From: the human T2T-CHM13v2.0 reference genome, Homo sapiens
Length of the DNA stretch: 64,000 bases
Assembly: GCF_009914755.1 (NCBI RefSeq)
Contig: NC_060944.1
Strand: one strand, 5' to 3'
A program made the position numbers and the translations under genes. This document shows, one piece after another, positions 34,284 through 49,517 of the stretch. Numbering within the stretch: the stretch's first letter is position 1; the number at the start of each line of letters is the position of its first letter. The notes below the pieces were generated by a model, which saw only the letters and a program-made list of their open reading frames with translations, was not told the DNA's origin and did no database searches.

Positions 34284-36713
34284 CCTATAACTAGACTCAA
34301 GTTCTGAACTTCAAAATTCTAAAGAAATATTTTTATGTCTGAAGGTGTTAAGAAATCATTGGATATCAACTTCTATGTATTTTTGAAGTTGAAGTTTTTC
34401 TGGGAATTTTTTGTTTGCTCTGTGTGTGTGTATGTCTTTAACACAAATTGGAATTTGTCCTGTGCCAAAGATTTTTAGTTGATAGATATCTTCAGTATGG
34501 GCCATTATTTTCTGTCTCTCTACATAAGGGGCCTCTGGTACTAATATTCTTCCACAAGTTGTTGATCCCAGACCCACCACCTCTCTTCTCCCAACCCCGC
34601 TAAGTCCTGGCTTCATCTCCCACCTATCCAGGCATCTTGGCTGCAGCTTGGCATTTGAGGTGTATATTTGTGTTCCTTTTGATACATGGTCAAGGATCTA
34701 CTGCCCCAAGATCAGGACCATGGTGGGCACAAGACTCTTGACTTCTGTCTCATCCTTGATTCATAAGATGACCCCTGCATTGGCCTCTTGTAGCTAGAAG
34801 CCTGGGCCCTCCGGCAATGCCACATCCCAGGGTGTATCTTTCTTGCCATTGCAGCTGGTTAAGACAACAGCCTGGAAAAAGATTTTAGTCTGGCATGCAG
34901 CTGAAGGGAAGCTCCTGGAGAAGCATGATATACATGGAAATTTTAACACAAAAATATCAAGAGAAGTGGCTTTTTTTTTTCTTTTTCCATCTGAAAGTTG
35001 AGGATGGCAATACCAGAGTCCAGGTTGAGCCTAGACACTAATGGTAGATGGAGAACTCTCCTGCTTCCAGGACCTGCTGGAAGCTGGCCTGTAGAAGCTT
35101 TGGGGTTTTGCTTTCTCCCAGGTCACATGAAATGCTGCCAAAACAAGCTCCAGAGTTGTGTTAATACCACAGGATTTGTCAGTCCTAGAATGGAAACACA
35201 TTGCCTTGCTTTCTTTTTGTGACTATCCAAAAATTAGAAGACGGTAAGAAGTCATCCTGAAAACTCCCATGGAGCGGAACCATTACTCATAGTTTCAAAG
35301 ACAGTCCAGGCACTTAGAATCAGAAGTTCTTTTCAGGTTCTGTTTATTTGTTTTGCTAACAGATTCCTTTTTTCAGCAAGAATCCATTTTTAGACACAGG
35401 GAAACTGAGATTAAACAGTGCATGGTAATGGGTGCAGGCCTCACAGTGATGAAGGGGCAGTGCTGAGGCTCTGATTCAAGTCTGACTTGGAGTCCTCTTT
35501 CCACCTAACCGCTGAAGATTAGGAGGCTGAGGGAGACTAGAATCAGGGTTGATTCCATTGAAACTATGACATGCCTTACCAAAAATAGCATTGTGATTTC
35601 AGTGCACTCACATGGGCAGGAGGTGGGTGGCTTTGATTCCGGATAAATTGATGACTGAATGTGAAAGCCCCTGAAGCTGTGTGTGGGGTTCCCACTGGGG
35701 TTTCTTCAGACCTCATGCACTGCACCTGCCTTTATCCAAGAGCACTTTCCTGCCAGGACTGTCTACCCTCTACTTTCTCCTGCACTCAGCAGGCCACTTT
35801 TGTTGGAATCCTAAATCTCATTCTCCGTGCTGGAATAAAGCATTCTGTATTTGGAGACCTTGGATGGAGCACTGGTCTCCAATGTCTGGTATTGGTGGGC
35901 ATAGAATTATTGTAATTCTACACTAAAGCTCATCACTGACTTTTCTTTTTATCTTTCTTATCATTTTTTTTTTCACTATGTAGACTGCAGGAACATCATT
36001 GACTTTTACAACCAAAGCCACTCAAAGCCCACTCCTTGCTAGTTGACTTGAGCTTAGAAGGGGTGTCCATGGGAGAAATTAATGAGCAATAAGGAAGGAT
36101 TTGTTTTTCTGGAAGGATTGGAGCTGCCTCCTTTTCTTGCCCCAGAGATGGCCAAAGGCCAGGTGGCTCTTGGTAGCTGTGGTGATTTTTGCCGCCCATT
36201 TCCTGATAAGCACAGAAACAAGAACGCTTTGTCTCCTGAGGCTGGAGCTGAGCAGCGGATTCTATTTGTTAGGGGGCCTCAGAAAGAAACTGCCCAGTGC
36301 CCCTAAGAATATTTCTCCCTGCCCGCTAAGCTCCTCCTCTTCCGTAAACCTTGCTGTCTGCAGATCACCTCCTCCTCAGGCCCCTGGTCATGCCTAAAGC
36401 AGACCTTTTATTAATTCCTGCACAGGGCTAGGCCTGAATATGGGCTGGGGATGAGGCCAGGCTAGTAAGGGAGAGAAGTCTGACCAGAGTGGAATGGGGT
36501 AGGGGCCCTGGAGGTGTGGGGACAGTAGGGAAGGAATGTGATGGGCCACAGATTACTTGCAGCTGAAAGAGATAAGGGATGAGGATTTGAACCCAGTTTG
36601 ACAGGTAGGTAGGTAGGAGCCAGATATGGCAGGAGACATTCCAAGTAGCTTGAACTCAGTAATGAGGAAGCTGAGCAACAGCATGTAGATGTATCTACAG
36701 GATGATCTTCCCA

Positions 36714-37325
<612 letters not shown>

Positions 37326-37498
37326 TCAGTATCTTTACCATAATTAGGAAACACACTGAATACATATAACCATTAAAATAAGTAATGGCCATTAAAATTA
37401 AAACCATGCCTCCATGGATTACCTTGATGTATCCATCACTTTTTGGGAAACATTGTCAGTTTCTAACAACATTGAGATATTACAAAATATCAAAATTG

Positions 37499-37630
37499 GG
37501 CTAGGCATGGTGGCTTGTGCCTGTAGCCCCAGCTACTCAGGAAGCTGAGGCTGAGGCAGGAGGATCACTTAAGGCCAGGAGTTTGAGACCAGCCTGGGAA
37601 ACACAGCAAGACCCCATCTCTAAAAAAGTA
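37499..37630 (+). mobile_element. FLAM_A-like Alu monomer
   Basis: Single arm containing cccagctactc. Confidence 0.75.
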
Positions 37631-38627
37631 TTTTTTAAAATTAAAAATTTAAATATCAAAATTAACCTACACTTTTCCACCATTAGAGCTTTATTTTGTT
37701 TTTGAGTTTTCCACTTAGTAGCAAAACTACAGTTCTTTATGTTTGGGAGACAAACAAGGTAATGAATCTTAAACCATAATTTAGTCAGAGTCAAAAGTAA
37801 TATGGAACCTGAGTTCTGCTTTTGTTGTTGTTTTTGTTTATTGATAAGAACTTATCACATGATAATTAGCCCATTGTCTTCATTCTGTAACCACTTATTA
37901 AACACTTACCATGTAAACAATGAGAAACTTTGTTTTCATAAAAGTCTAGGAGATTCCCGGAAACCTTCAGGGAACGAGCCCTCAGGCTTCAAGAAAAGCC
38001 AGGATTTTTCGTAAAGACTGTTTTCAGGGAGTGCCTGGCCAGAAAGGTGAGACTTGCAAGGAGAGACATGGGCGGAGCCTGCCGCTCACTCCTTCAAATC
38101 CCAGGTCTGGGGCAGTCCTTGTAGATTCCACCAGGATTGGCCTGGGAAAGCCGGCAAAGCAAGCAGGTGTTGCTCTTCCAAGAGGAGAGTTCTCCATACC
38201 TTGTGGAGCCTGACATGGGAGAGAAAGTCCTGTCTAGGGCCAGGGTTTGGGGAACTGAGATACAAGCCGAAAGCCAAGCTGCTTTTGAGAAACTGTGATA
38301 ATCCTTCCTCCAACTAACTGCTGACCCAGTCATCCCAGTGTCTCCAGATGACTCATGTAAGTAGAAGCAAACAGGGTACCTTGATAAAACACAAGGGTAG
38401 ACCACAGATGGTTCCAGCTCCAAGGCAGATGTGATACTGACAGTGCTGAGACACAGCTGCTCGCACAGACACACGGAAGGGAGCCAGAGAACTATGGAAC
38501 TTCCCCTAGGAAAGCATCATTTGACTTACGGGCCACAACCACCTTATTTATCTCCATAGGGGACTTGCCATTCATTCTATGAGGGGTTTTCAGATATTGT
38601 TAATTAACTAAACCAATCCCATCCTAG

Positions 38628-38990
<363 letters not shown>

Positions 38991-39068
38991 TAAAAACTCC
39001 AGTTTCTCGGGAACACTCCCCAAGGCAACTTGGAAGTATGCCCCAGACAAAAGTGATTGTCTTGAATG

Positions 39069-39247
39069 ATTTTAATTTTAATTTTATTTATTTATTTATT
39101 GAGACAAGGTCTCACTCTGTTGCCCAGGCTCGAATGTAGTGGCATGATCACAGCTCACTGCAGCCTCAACCTCCTAGGCTCAAGCAATCCACCTCCTTCT
39201 GCCTCCGAAAATGCTGGGATTATAGGTACAGGCCACTGCACCAGGCC
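39069..39247 (-). mobile_element. FRAM-like Alu monomer
   Basis: Single right-type arm. Confidence 0.8.
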
Positions 39248-39261
39248 GTAATTTTACTTTA

Positions 39262-39654
<393 letters not shown>

Positions 39655-40704
39655 TTATCCTCATGTCCTGCCACTGAGGGCAGAGCCACACAGGGCACAG
39701 CACACCTGCTGCCACCCACAGCCTAATGGATGTGCACCATCCTTGGTTGACAGAGTAAGAATTTGTCATTTTGCCTTGAACTTTATTTTTGCTATTTAAC
39801 AGCCAAACTAGGTTTCTTATATCTAGAAAGTTGTTCACTTTATTTACTCAGTCAGTAAGTTTTGTCACAGAAATGGCCTCGCATCACATTTCTGTGTATT
39901 TTTGCCTTATTGTCTCTCATTTGCAAGGTCAAAGTGTACATTTCAGATGTATGGTTGGGGATGCAGCTCGCGGGAGCGGGTGATGTAGGGGGAGGTGCAA
40001 GGGAGGCTTCATAGCATGCTTTGTCTAGACCCTGGTCACTAGGACTGGTCATTAGGGGCTGCGCTGGTAGACTGTAATGTCTTCTGGAATTCTGAATTAG
40101 GACAAGAAAAGGCATGCATCGTTTGGAAGTTCTGCTCTGTGTCGATGGTTTCTCTGAGGTGAATCTGATTCTGGCAATGTTAGTAAAACTAACCCTTGTC
40201 TGCCTGGTTGTCCTACTCAGAAAGAGCTTTCTGCAATCACTTACTCTCCCACCTGCTCAGGCGACTAATGTTGGGCCATGGGAAGGAAGGAAATCCAGCC
40301 CAGTGGAAAGGCTTCTCTCATCCCATACTCCAAAGAACCTTAACCTGGTTGTCACGAGAGCAGGACAGGTGCTGGAGAGCCCTGCCCTTCCAAAGTGGAT
40401 GGAATATCCACCCATCTGCTTCAAAGCCATGAGGCCCAGGTTTGGTTGTAATTGGAATGGGTGGAGGCTGTGACTTTTGGGTGAGTGTTTGTTCTCTGCC
40501 CCTAGAGGCACCTTATACTTTGCGGGCCATTCTATGGTTTGCCCATTGTATTCACATGTGGGTCTCACTGTATCTGTACCTAAGTTTTATCTCCCCATGA
40601 TAGCAGCCCTAGACACCTAGACATAGTGGGAATGGCTGCACAAATAAATGAGTTTTATAGTTATAAAAACTCAGTGAGATGGTAGATATTATTACTTCTC
40701 CTCC

Positions 40705-41970
40705 AACCTATTATTTTGAGAAATTTCAAACATTATGGAAAAGTTGCAAAGATAGCACTGTTCAGTTAATTCACTAAGTGCTGAAATTTTGCTACATTTT
40801 CTTTATCTCCCTATTTTTTTTCTTTTTAGGGGGAGCTCATCATTTGACACTTTCTTTCTTTCTTTCTTTTGACACTTTCAAACATGTTTATACTTTGCCC
40901 TTAAATTTTTCAGTATGCATGTCCTAAGAATAAAAGCATTTTTCCTTTGTAAGCATAATAAAATTATCACACTTAAGGAAATTCTCCATTTTATTTTATT
41001 TTATTTTTGAGACAGGGTCTTGCTCTGTCACCCAGGCTGGAGTGCAATGGTGCAGTCTGGCTCACTGCAACCTCCACTTCTCGGGTTCAAACAGTTCTCC
41101 TGCCTTAGCCTCCTGAGCAGCTGTGGCTAGAACTGTAGGCACACCCCACTGTGCCTGGCTAACCTTTTTTTTTTTTTTTCTTTTTTTGGGACAGAGTCTA
41201 ACTCTGTCACCCCCGCTGAAGTGCAGTGGTGCCATCTCAGCTCACTGCAACCTCCACCTCCCAAGCTCAAGCAATCCTCCCGCCTCAGACTCTTGAGTAG
41301 CTGGGACCAGAGGAACGCTCCATCATGCCTGGCTAATTCTTTTCTGTATATTTTGTAGAGACTGGGTTTTGCCATGTTGCCCGGGCTGGCCTCAAACTCC
41401 TGAGGTCAAGCGATCCATACACCTTGCCCTCCCAAAGTGCTGGGATTACAGGTGAAATTGTCCTTTATAGATCTTTTTATACTGATGCCATATATGAGTT
41501 CCAGGCTATGCACTCCATGTAGTTACCACATCTCTTTATTCACCTCGAACCTGTATTAATCCTACAGCCTGTTAAAATTCATAACATTGACATTTTTGAA
41601 GTTTTGGCCATTGGTTTTGCTGTCACTGAAATTTGGATTTTTCTGATTGTTTTCTCCTGTATACATTCAGGTGAGTCATATTTGGGAGCAGGAAAGACAC
41701 CTAGGTGACATGGTACCTTCTCAGAGCCTCACACTGGGGGCACTTGATGTCAGGGCAGCTCATTTTTGGAGGAGTTAACACAGATCACTTGGTTAAGGTG
41801 ACATCTACCAGTTTCCTCCATTGCCAGGGTACCTTTTCATTTTCACAAGTCATTAAGTGATCTGTGAGGTGATATTTTAAGACTATGACTATCCTATTTC
41901 CTAAGTCTTTTGCCTTCTGATTTTAGCATCCACTCAATTTTTGCTTGCATTGATTACTACCTGGTGGTGA
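40705..41970 (-). mobile_element. Old L1 (L1MC/ME-like) 3' fragment containing a three-arm Alu insertion (40989-41453)
   Basis: ttattttgagaaatttcaaacat...aaagttgcaa and gatcacttggttaaggtg motifs. Confidence 0.65.
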
Positions 41971-42249
41971 AGGTATTGTTATTTACTATTTTCAGATCAA
42001 AAGGGCGAGGCTCAGAAAGGGACCTGAGCAAGGTCTCACATGCCCAGCTGAGCTAGGAGAGGAACCTCATGCTTCCTGCCCTGAGCTTGGCTCTGTGGCC
42101 ATTCCACTATGACCATGTTTTTATTGGAATCTCCTGGATTGTATCACAGTGTTTTACCTTTTATGAACCTCTGTTCACTGCCTTCCCTCCTGTTTGCATG
42201 CAGACACCTTTCTTAGAAATCGCTAGTTTCTATGAATCTCATCAAGTTC

Positions 42250-42662
42250 TGTCATAGGTTGAGTTCCCTGGAAGGAGAGCCTGATTTGGGGCTTCTTGTG
42301 CAAGTGATTCAGAAGCAGCCTGCCAAGGAGTGAGGGATCCAGGATGGGAAAGGGAGGAGGCAAGGCAAAGACGTGGGCTCTGCCTGGTCCCACAGGGAGC
42401 TCAGCAGCGTGAATAGCCCCCCAGAGTTGTCTCAACTCAAGGCTAGAAGGCCACTCTTCTCCATCTCACATATGTAGAAAGTACATATCAGTATGTCACT
42501 GGCAGTGAGTCTGCTCTCAGGGAGAGGATGTAGCTTCCTGGGCATTTCCAGGAGAAGAGGGGCAGCTGTGAGCTTTCCACAGCCAACACTCGCAGCAGAT
42601 GGGGCATGGGTGCCTGCCCTAGAGGAGGGGCTCTAGGTGGAGCACCAGTAGCATCCCCTACA
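42250..42662. mobile_element. ERVL-class solo LTR (LTR16-like)
   Basis: tgtcataggttgagttccctgg...gtgcaagtga...gcaccagtagcatccc. Confidence 0.55.
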
Positions 42663-43209
42663 TGTTCAATGTTCTCACATTAGTTTTTTCCTGAAGGTTG
42701 TTCCTGATAAAAGCCAATTTGTCCTGTAATAATATGCTATAAACCTCAAGTGGCTGGCTGAATCAAGGTGTCAGCTTAGTCATTTGCAAAGGCAAGGGAT
42801 AATTATGGTTGCTGTTTTATAAGGCCCCATGAATCTTATTCACCATCTTCCTGTCTGGGCCCTGCTTTTTAGGCTGAGGTCACTTGTCAGAACAAAGGCT
42901 TTTCAGCTCCTTGAAACCACAGAGGAGTCACAGGATGCGCCCTTCTAGGGAAGGAAGATATGTCAACGTGTTTACTTTCAGCACACATGAGCATCACGAT
43001 TGTCATGTTAGACACTGTCCAATTTGGTCTTGGCAAAATATGGCCAACCTGAGATGGCAGTGATAAAATATTTATTTAGTCGCCAAGAATTCTTTTAGTG
43101 GCATGGTACCCATCCCGCGCCCGCAGCCCCTAGCAAAACAAAACCAAACCCCTAATTGATCTGAGTTAATATGCATGTTTTACACTTGGATCTCAGGCAA
43201 ATGTTCCTT

Positions 43210-43368
43210 ACAGTGTTGTCCTCAGATTGGTCACTGAGAGCTTGTTAGAAATGCAATGTCTCTGGCTCACCCCACACCTGCAGAAGCTGTGAGTCTGAAA
43301 CCAGGAATCTGTGGCTTAACAAACCCCAGGTGACTTTCACGCAGGCTCTCAAGTTTGACAAATACTGA
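43210..43368. mobile_element. MER5A-like
   Basis: gagcttgttagaaatgca...aacaaaccccaggtga...aagtttga. Confidence 0.7.
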
Positions 43369-43417
43369 TCCAAAGTAGTGGTTGTAAACTTGGTTGCACG
43401 TTGGGATCCCCTGGGGA

Positions 43418-44008
43418 ATTTTTTTTTCTTTTTTTGGAGACGGAGTCTTGCTCTGTTGCCCAGGCTACAGTACAGTGGAAGGATCTCGGCTCACTGCAAC
43501 CTCCACCTCCCATGTTCAAGGCTGCCTCAGCCTCCTGAGTAGCTGGGACTACAGGTGTGTGCCACCATGCCCAGCTAATTATGGTATTTTTAGCAGAGAC
43601 AGGGTTTCACCATGTTGACCAGGCTGGTCTTGAACTCCTGACTTCCAGTGATCCAACCGCCTCAGCATCCCAAAGTGTGCTGGGATTACAGGCGTGAGCC
43701 ACTGCACCTGGCTTTTCTTTTCTTTTCTTTTCTTTTTGAGACAGGGTCTTGCTCTGTTGCCCAGCCTGGAGTGCAGTGGCACGATCTCCACTCACTGCAA
43801 CCTCCGCCTCCCCAAGTTCAAGCAATTCTCCCGCCCTAGCCTCCTGAGTAGCTGGGACTACAGGCACCCACCACCACTCCTAGCTACTTTTTGTATTTTA
43901 GTAGAGACAGGGATTCACCATGTTGGCCAGGCTGATCTTGAACTCCTGGTCTCAGATGATCTGCCTCCCAAAGTGCTGGGATTACAGGCTTTAGCCACCA
44001 TGCCTGGC
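43418..44008 (-). mobile_element. Two tandem antisense Alus (43418-43713, 43714-44008)
   Basis: Two dimers head to tail. Confidence 0.9.
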
Positions 44009-45234
44009 TTTTTTAGGTGATTTTTATCAGCAGCCAGGGTTGAGAATCACTTGTCTAAAGCTGGCTCTTTTACCTTCTATGAAAGGAATTTTAACACCAG
44101 CTTCACTTTGAAGAGTATGTTTTTTTAACTGCAAATATTCACTTCCCAATACCTGCAGGCCCTGGAATGGCATTTGCAGAAGGAGAAACTATTCTTTTTG
44201 GCACAGAGTCTCCTACCTGGAAATTTGTAGCAGAAGTTGAGCAAAGCTTTCACATATTTGAGAAGAAATAAAAAGATAAATCTTGAATGAATGAGTGAGA
44301 TTCCTTAGGCCTGCAGAAAGTCACGAAGGTGATGGAGAGAAGTTAGGACGGGGGTCTCTGGCCAGTCCACATGCCAACACTGGGTATTATTATTGAGTCT
44401 GCACACCCAAAAATGATCGGCATAGGTTGGCTTCTTCTAAATTCAGTCCCACCTCTTAGGAGTAGAGTTGTCCATGTGGAAATATCACACTTCCTTCCTT
44501 TAATTTCCTTTTTATAACTCATCATACATTCAGTTTCATTATCCATCCTTCTCAGTGCTAAATACATTATCTAGTTCACACAGTTGAGTTCCTTTGGGTT
44601 TAGAGGATTGAAGACCATATGTACCCGAATCTAAACCTGCTTGTTTGGACATGAATGGTCAGGTCTGGTGTCCCTTGGCTGCCCCAGGATAGGGCTTGAT
44701 GACCTGCTCCTTGAGAGCCAGGTTAAGTGTCAGTTCTGAGTTTGGTAAAGGGTGAGAGAACCCAGAGCGAAGCTGCCTTGGATGGAAATGTCAGCCCCCT
44801 CTCTCTGACCAGGGGCTTGACCTTGAGCAAGATCCTGACCTGAGCTAAGACTCCTGGTCCTCTCTGTAAAACCGGGATCATGGTGCCTGTGGTCCAGGGC
44901 TGCCAAGAGGAGTAAATGAGAGAATGTAGGTAAAGGGCTTGGCACACAACAGCCGCTACATGGATACAAACTGCCCTGTGCCCCTCACCCCTGTGTCCCT
45001 CACCCCTGTGCCCCTCACCCCTGTGTCCCTGACCTGACTTGGTACCCACAACATTGGATAAATACCAGAGCATGTGTAATTTCTAGTTCTGCTGTTTCAA
45101 GGCTGTTATCACTCAGGACAGCTCAGTAACTTCTTAGGCCTCGGTCTTCTCATTGGTAAAATGGGAATTAAACACTCACTGACAGAACCAGTATTGGCAC
45201 CAAAAGGATGTCAATATGGTTTGGTCATTAAGAC

Positions 45235-45990
45235 GTAATTCACATACCATAAAATTCACCCTTTTAATGTGCATGATTCGCGGGTTTTAGTACCTTCACA
45301 CATTGTGCAATTATCACCACTCTCTAATACCAGAACATTTCCATCACCCTGGAAAGAAACCTGGTACCTGTTTGCAATCGCTCCCCATTCTCTTTTCTCT
45401 CCCCCATTCTCTGGAGCCCACTGATCTACTTTGTGTCTCTGTAGATTTGCTTGTTCTGGATATTTCATGTAAATCGAGTCATTCAGTATGTGGCCTTATG
45501 TCTGGCTTCTGTCACTGAACAAGATGCTTTCCAAGTATATCCATGTTGCAGCATGCGTCAGTGCCCCATTCCTTTTTATGGCTGAATAATATTCCATTGT
45601 AAGAATAGATTACTCTTTTTTTTTTCTTTTTTTGAGACAGGGCCTCACTCCTGTTGTCCAGGCTGGAGTGCAGTGGTGGGATCATGGCTTACTGCAGCCT
45701 TAAACTCCCAGGCTAGAGCCATCCTCCCACCTCAGCCTCCTGAGTAGCTGGGACTACAGGTGCGCATGACCACACCTGGCTAATTTTTGCATTTTTAGTA
45801 GAAATGGAATTTCGTCAGGTTCCACGGGCTGGCTTCAAACTCCTGGGTTCAAGTGATCTGCCTGCCTCAACCTCCCAAAGTGCTGGGATTATAGGCGTGA
45901 GCCACCACACTTGGCCACATTTTGTTCATCCACTCATCAGCTGACAGACATTTGGGTTGTTTCCGCTTGTTAGCTATTATGAGTAATGTC
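45235..45990 (-). mobile_element. L1MB-like 3' fragment interrupted by an antisense AluJ (45616-45916)
   Basis: taattcacataccataaaattcaccc...ggctgaataatattccattg. Confidence 0.82.
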
Positions 45991-46250
45991 GACATGATTT
46001 TACGAATAGCACAGCATCACTCCTCTGTGAGGTTTTATTATAAATAATGTCAGTAATAAAAATGCTTAGATTTGTGAGAAGAAATAAAATCCAATCATTC
46101 AGGTACAAAATAAATCTGTGTGAGTGCATTTGCCTTTAGACTGGGGCATGGTTGTGCTTATGAGAAATGCTACTGAGCATTAGGAACTCACGGTTACCAT
46201 CCATGCTATTTCGCATTTAGGGTTCTGTCCTCAAAGTTAGAAATGTTTTA

Positions 46251-46584
<334 letters not shown>

Positions 46585-46894
46585 TTATGTCGGAAGACAA
46601 AGCCTGAATAAATGGCATTTAGGATGCTTAGAACTTTTGAAAATGGGGTTAGGAATAGAAGGTCAGGTCTGCCCAGTGCAAAGTGTTCTTTTTAATATTA
46701 GAGATAGAGGGTAAAATAAAACATTGTGTCTGCCCTCAGAAAGCTTTCAGTCTGGAAGAGAAGATGATTAAGGGGGCGATCACAAGATGGGGTATGTGCG
46801 GTGGCAAGCCTGGCCTATGAACTTGTAGGGACGGTCTCCTTGTTAGGGAAATGGTACTGCAGCCAGCTGACCGTGCCGCTTCTCTTTCTCCTAG

Positions 46895-47087
46895 CATGGT
46901 AAGACACAAGGATGGTGGCTATTCCGAGGAAGAGGACGTGAAGACCTGTGCCCGGGACTCAGGCTATGACAGCCTCTCCAACAGGCTCAGCATCTTGGAC
47001 CGGCTCCTCCACACCCACCCCATATGGCTGCAGCTGAGTCTGAGTGAGGAGGAGGCAGCAGAGGTCCTGCAGGCCCAGCCTCCGGGG
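46895..47087 (+). CDS. RIN2: RIN2 coding exon B (193 nt, phase 2 to 0): MVRHKDGGYSEEEDVKTCARDSGYDSLSNRLSILDRLLHTHPIWLQLSLSEEEAAEVLQAQPPG, start of SH2 domain
   Basis: Acceptor tctctttctcctag, donor GGG|gtaaga. Lies within ORF 46851-47144. Confidence 0.97.
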
Positions 47088-47675
47088 GTAAGACTCAGAA
47101 CCTCGGGAAGCAGGTTGAAGCAGGCAGGACTGCTGCCGGCTTAAAGAAAAACACTTGGAGTTAGTTCCAGAAATTTCTTCCTAGCTTGTAAGGAGCATGT
47201 CTCTTGATGTGTAACTGGTTTTCAATGCAGAAATATTCTGTAAACCCAGGAACAGAGCCCTTCACGATGTGTCTTTCTGTCTTTATCTGCTCAGTTACCA
47301 TGGGAGGTACAAGGATCCAGCAGAGAACTGAGCATCTGGGTAGCGAGTAGGGGCCACTGGCCAGAAGCCTGGGTCTGACCTCTTGAGCCTGGACACTGAG
47401 GATGAGCCTGGGTCTGAGATCCTTGGTGGCCTCTGCTACCTTCCTCTCCTTCTGAGCCTGGGAGCCCTGCCAAGGTCCAGCCATCCAACTTGGGACCCAG
47501 CCTTCAAAAGTTCTGTGTCCACAGACTTGCCTGCTCTGTAGTCCTCTTTTCCCTGGGCTTTCCACACAGACTAAAGTCTAATATGGTTTCCTCAGCTACT
47601 GTCTATCCAAGACCACTGTCCGTCCCATCCAGACCACTCCACGACTTGTGGAAGGTCCTCAAAAAAGTGACTGGA

Positions 47676-47971
47676 GCCGGGCACGGTGGCTCACGCCTGT
47701 AATCCCAGCACTTTGGGAGGCCAAGACGGACAGATCACTTGAGGCCAGGATTTCTAGACCAGCCTGGGCAACACAGTGGCACCCTATCTCTACTAAAATT
47801 ACAAAAATTAGCCCGGTGTGGTGGCACACGCCTGTAATCCCAGCTACTCAGGAGGCTGAGGCAGGAGAATCACTTGAACACAGGAAGTGGAGGTTGCCAT
47901 GAGCAGAGATTGTGCCACTGCACTCCAGTCTGGGCGACAGAGCAAGAATCTGTCCCCCCCAAAAAAAAAAA
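47676..47971 (+). mobile_element. Alu (AluS)
   Basis: TSD AAAAAAGTGA.TGG. Confidence 0.93.
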
Positions 47972-47984
47972 GTGATTGGTATCT

Positions 47985-48185
47985 CTAGTGCTATCCAATA
48001 TGGTAGCTTCTTGCCCCATGTGGCTGTTTAAATTTACATGAATTAAAGCAAATAAAATTAGAAATTCAGCTCCTCAGTTACCGTAGCCACATTTTAAGTG
48101 CTCTCTGGCCTCGGCTGGCTGCCATATTAGATGGTGCAAAATTTGGAACATTGTCATTGTAGTACAAAGTTATAGTGGACGGCAT
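47985..48185. mobile_element. MER3-like hAT-Charlie element
   Basis: tccaatatggtagc...catgtggct...tagccacatttt.agtgctc. Confidence 0.75.
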
Positions 48186-48589
48186 TTGTGTACAGTGTCT
48201 ACTTCCAAAGGATAAATACAATAAGTCACAGATAAAATAATACTTAACACGCAACACAAGATAGAAACTAAGAACTAGATGGAGAAGCAAGGAGAAAATC
48301 CCATTAGTAGCTAGCTGAGGAATGTCATAAGAATTGGGCACTAAATACCTTTTTGAGTTTCCTAGCAGTCAGAGTCTGTCTGTTCTCACTTTTTAAAAAA
48401 CATATGAATCTTTCTTTATTCCTCATCAGGCAGAAACAGGTAGAACTAAGACGTCTGCTAGAACATGCTCAGGGGAACAAGGCACGGTGCTTTCTCATCT
48501 TTGCAGAGAATCCCTTGGCCATAACACAGAGCTGCTGCCTCTAGTTTTGTTCTATAGGATCAGGATTTCCTCACCTTCTGTGAAGCCTA

Positions 48590-49279
<690 letters not shown>

Positions 49280-49299
49280 TTATTCTACAATCTAAGATA

Positions 49300-49517
49300 G
49301 AGGTCCACAGACTGTTTCTGTAAAGGGCAAAGTAAACTATTTTTGGCTTTGCAGGCCATAGAGTCTCTGTCACAACTACTCAACTACACTATTGTCATGC
49401 AAAAGCAGCCATAGACAATATGTAAATGATCGAGCGTGGCTGTATTTCACTACAACTTTACTCAGAAACAGATGGCAGGATGGATTTCGTCTGCAGGCCA
49501 GACTTTGCCAACCCCTG
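49300..49517. mobile_element. MER58A-like hAT-Charlie element
   Basis: tctgtaaagggc...ggctttgcaggcca...gcagccatagacaata...tttgccaacccctg. Confidence 0.8.

Noticed and set aside
46851-47144. 97-aa ORF as a stand-alone gene
   Set aside because: Only 46895-47087 is RIN2 exon; the flanks are intron read-through across clear splice sites.
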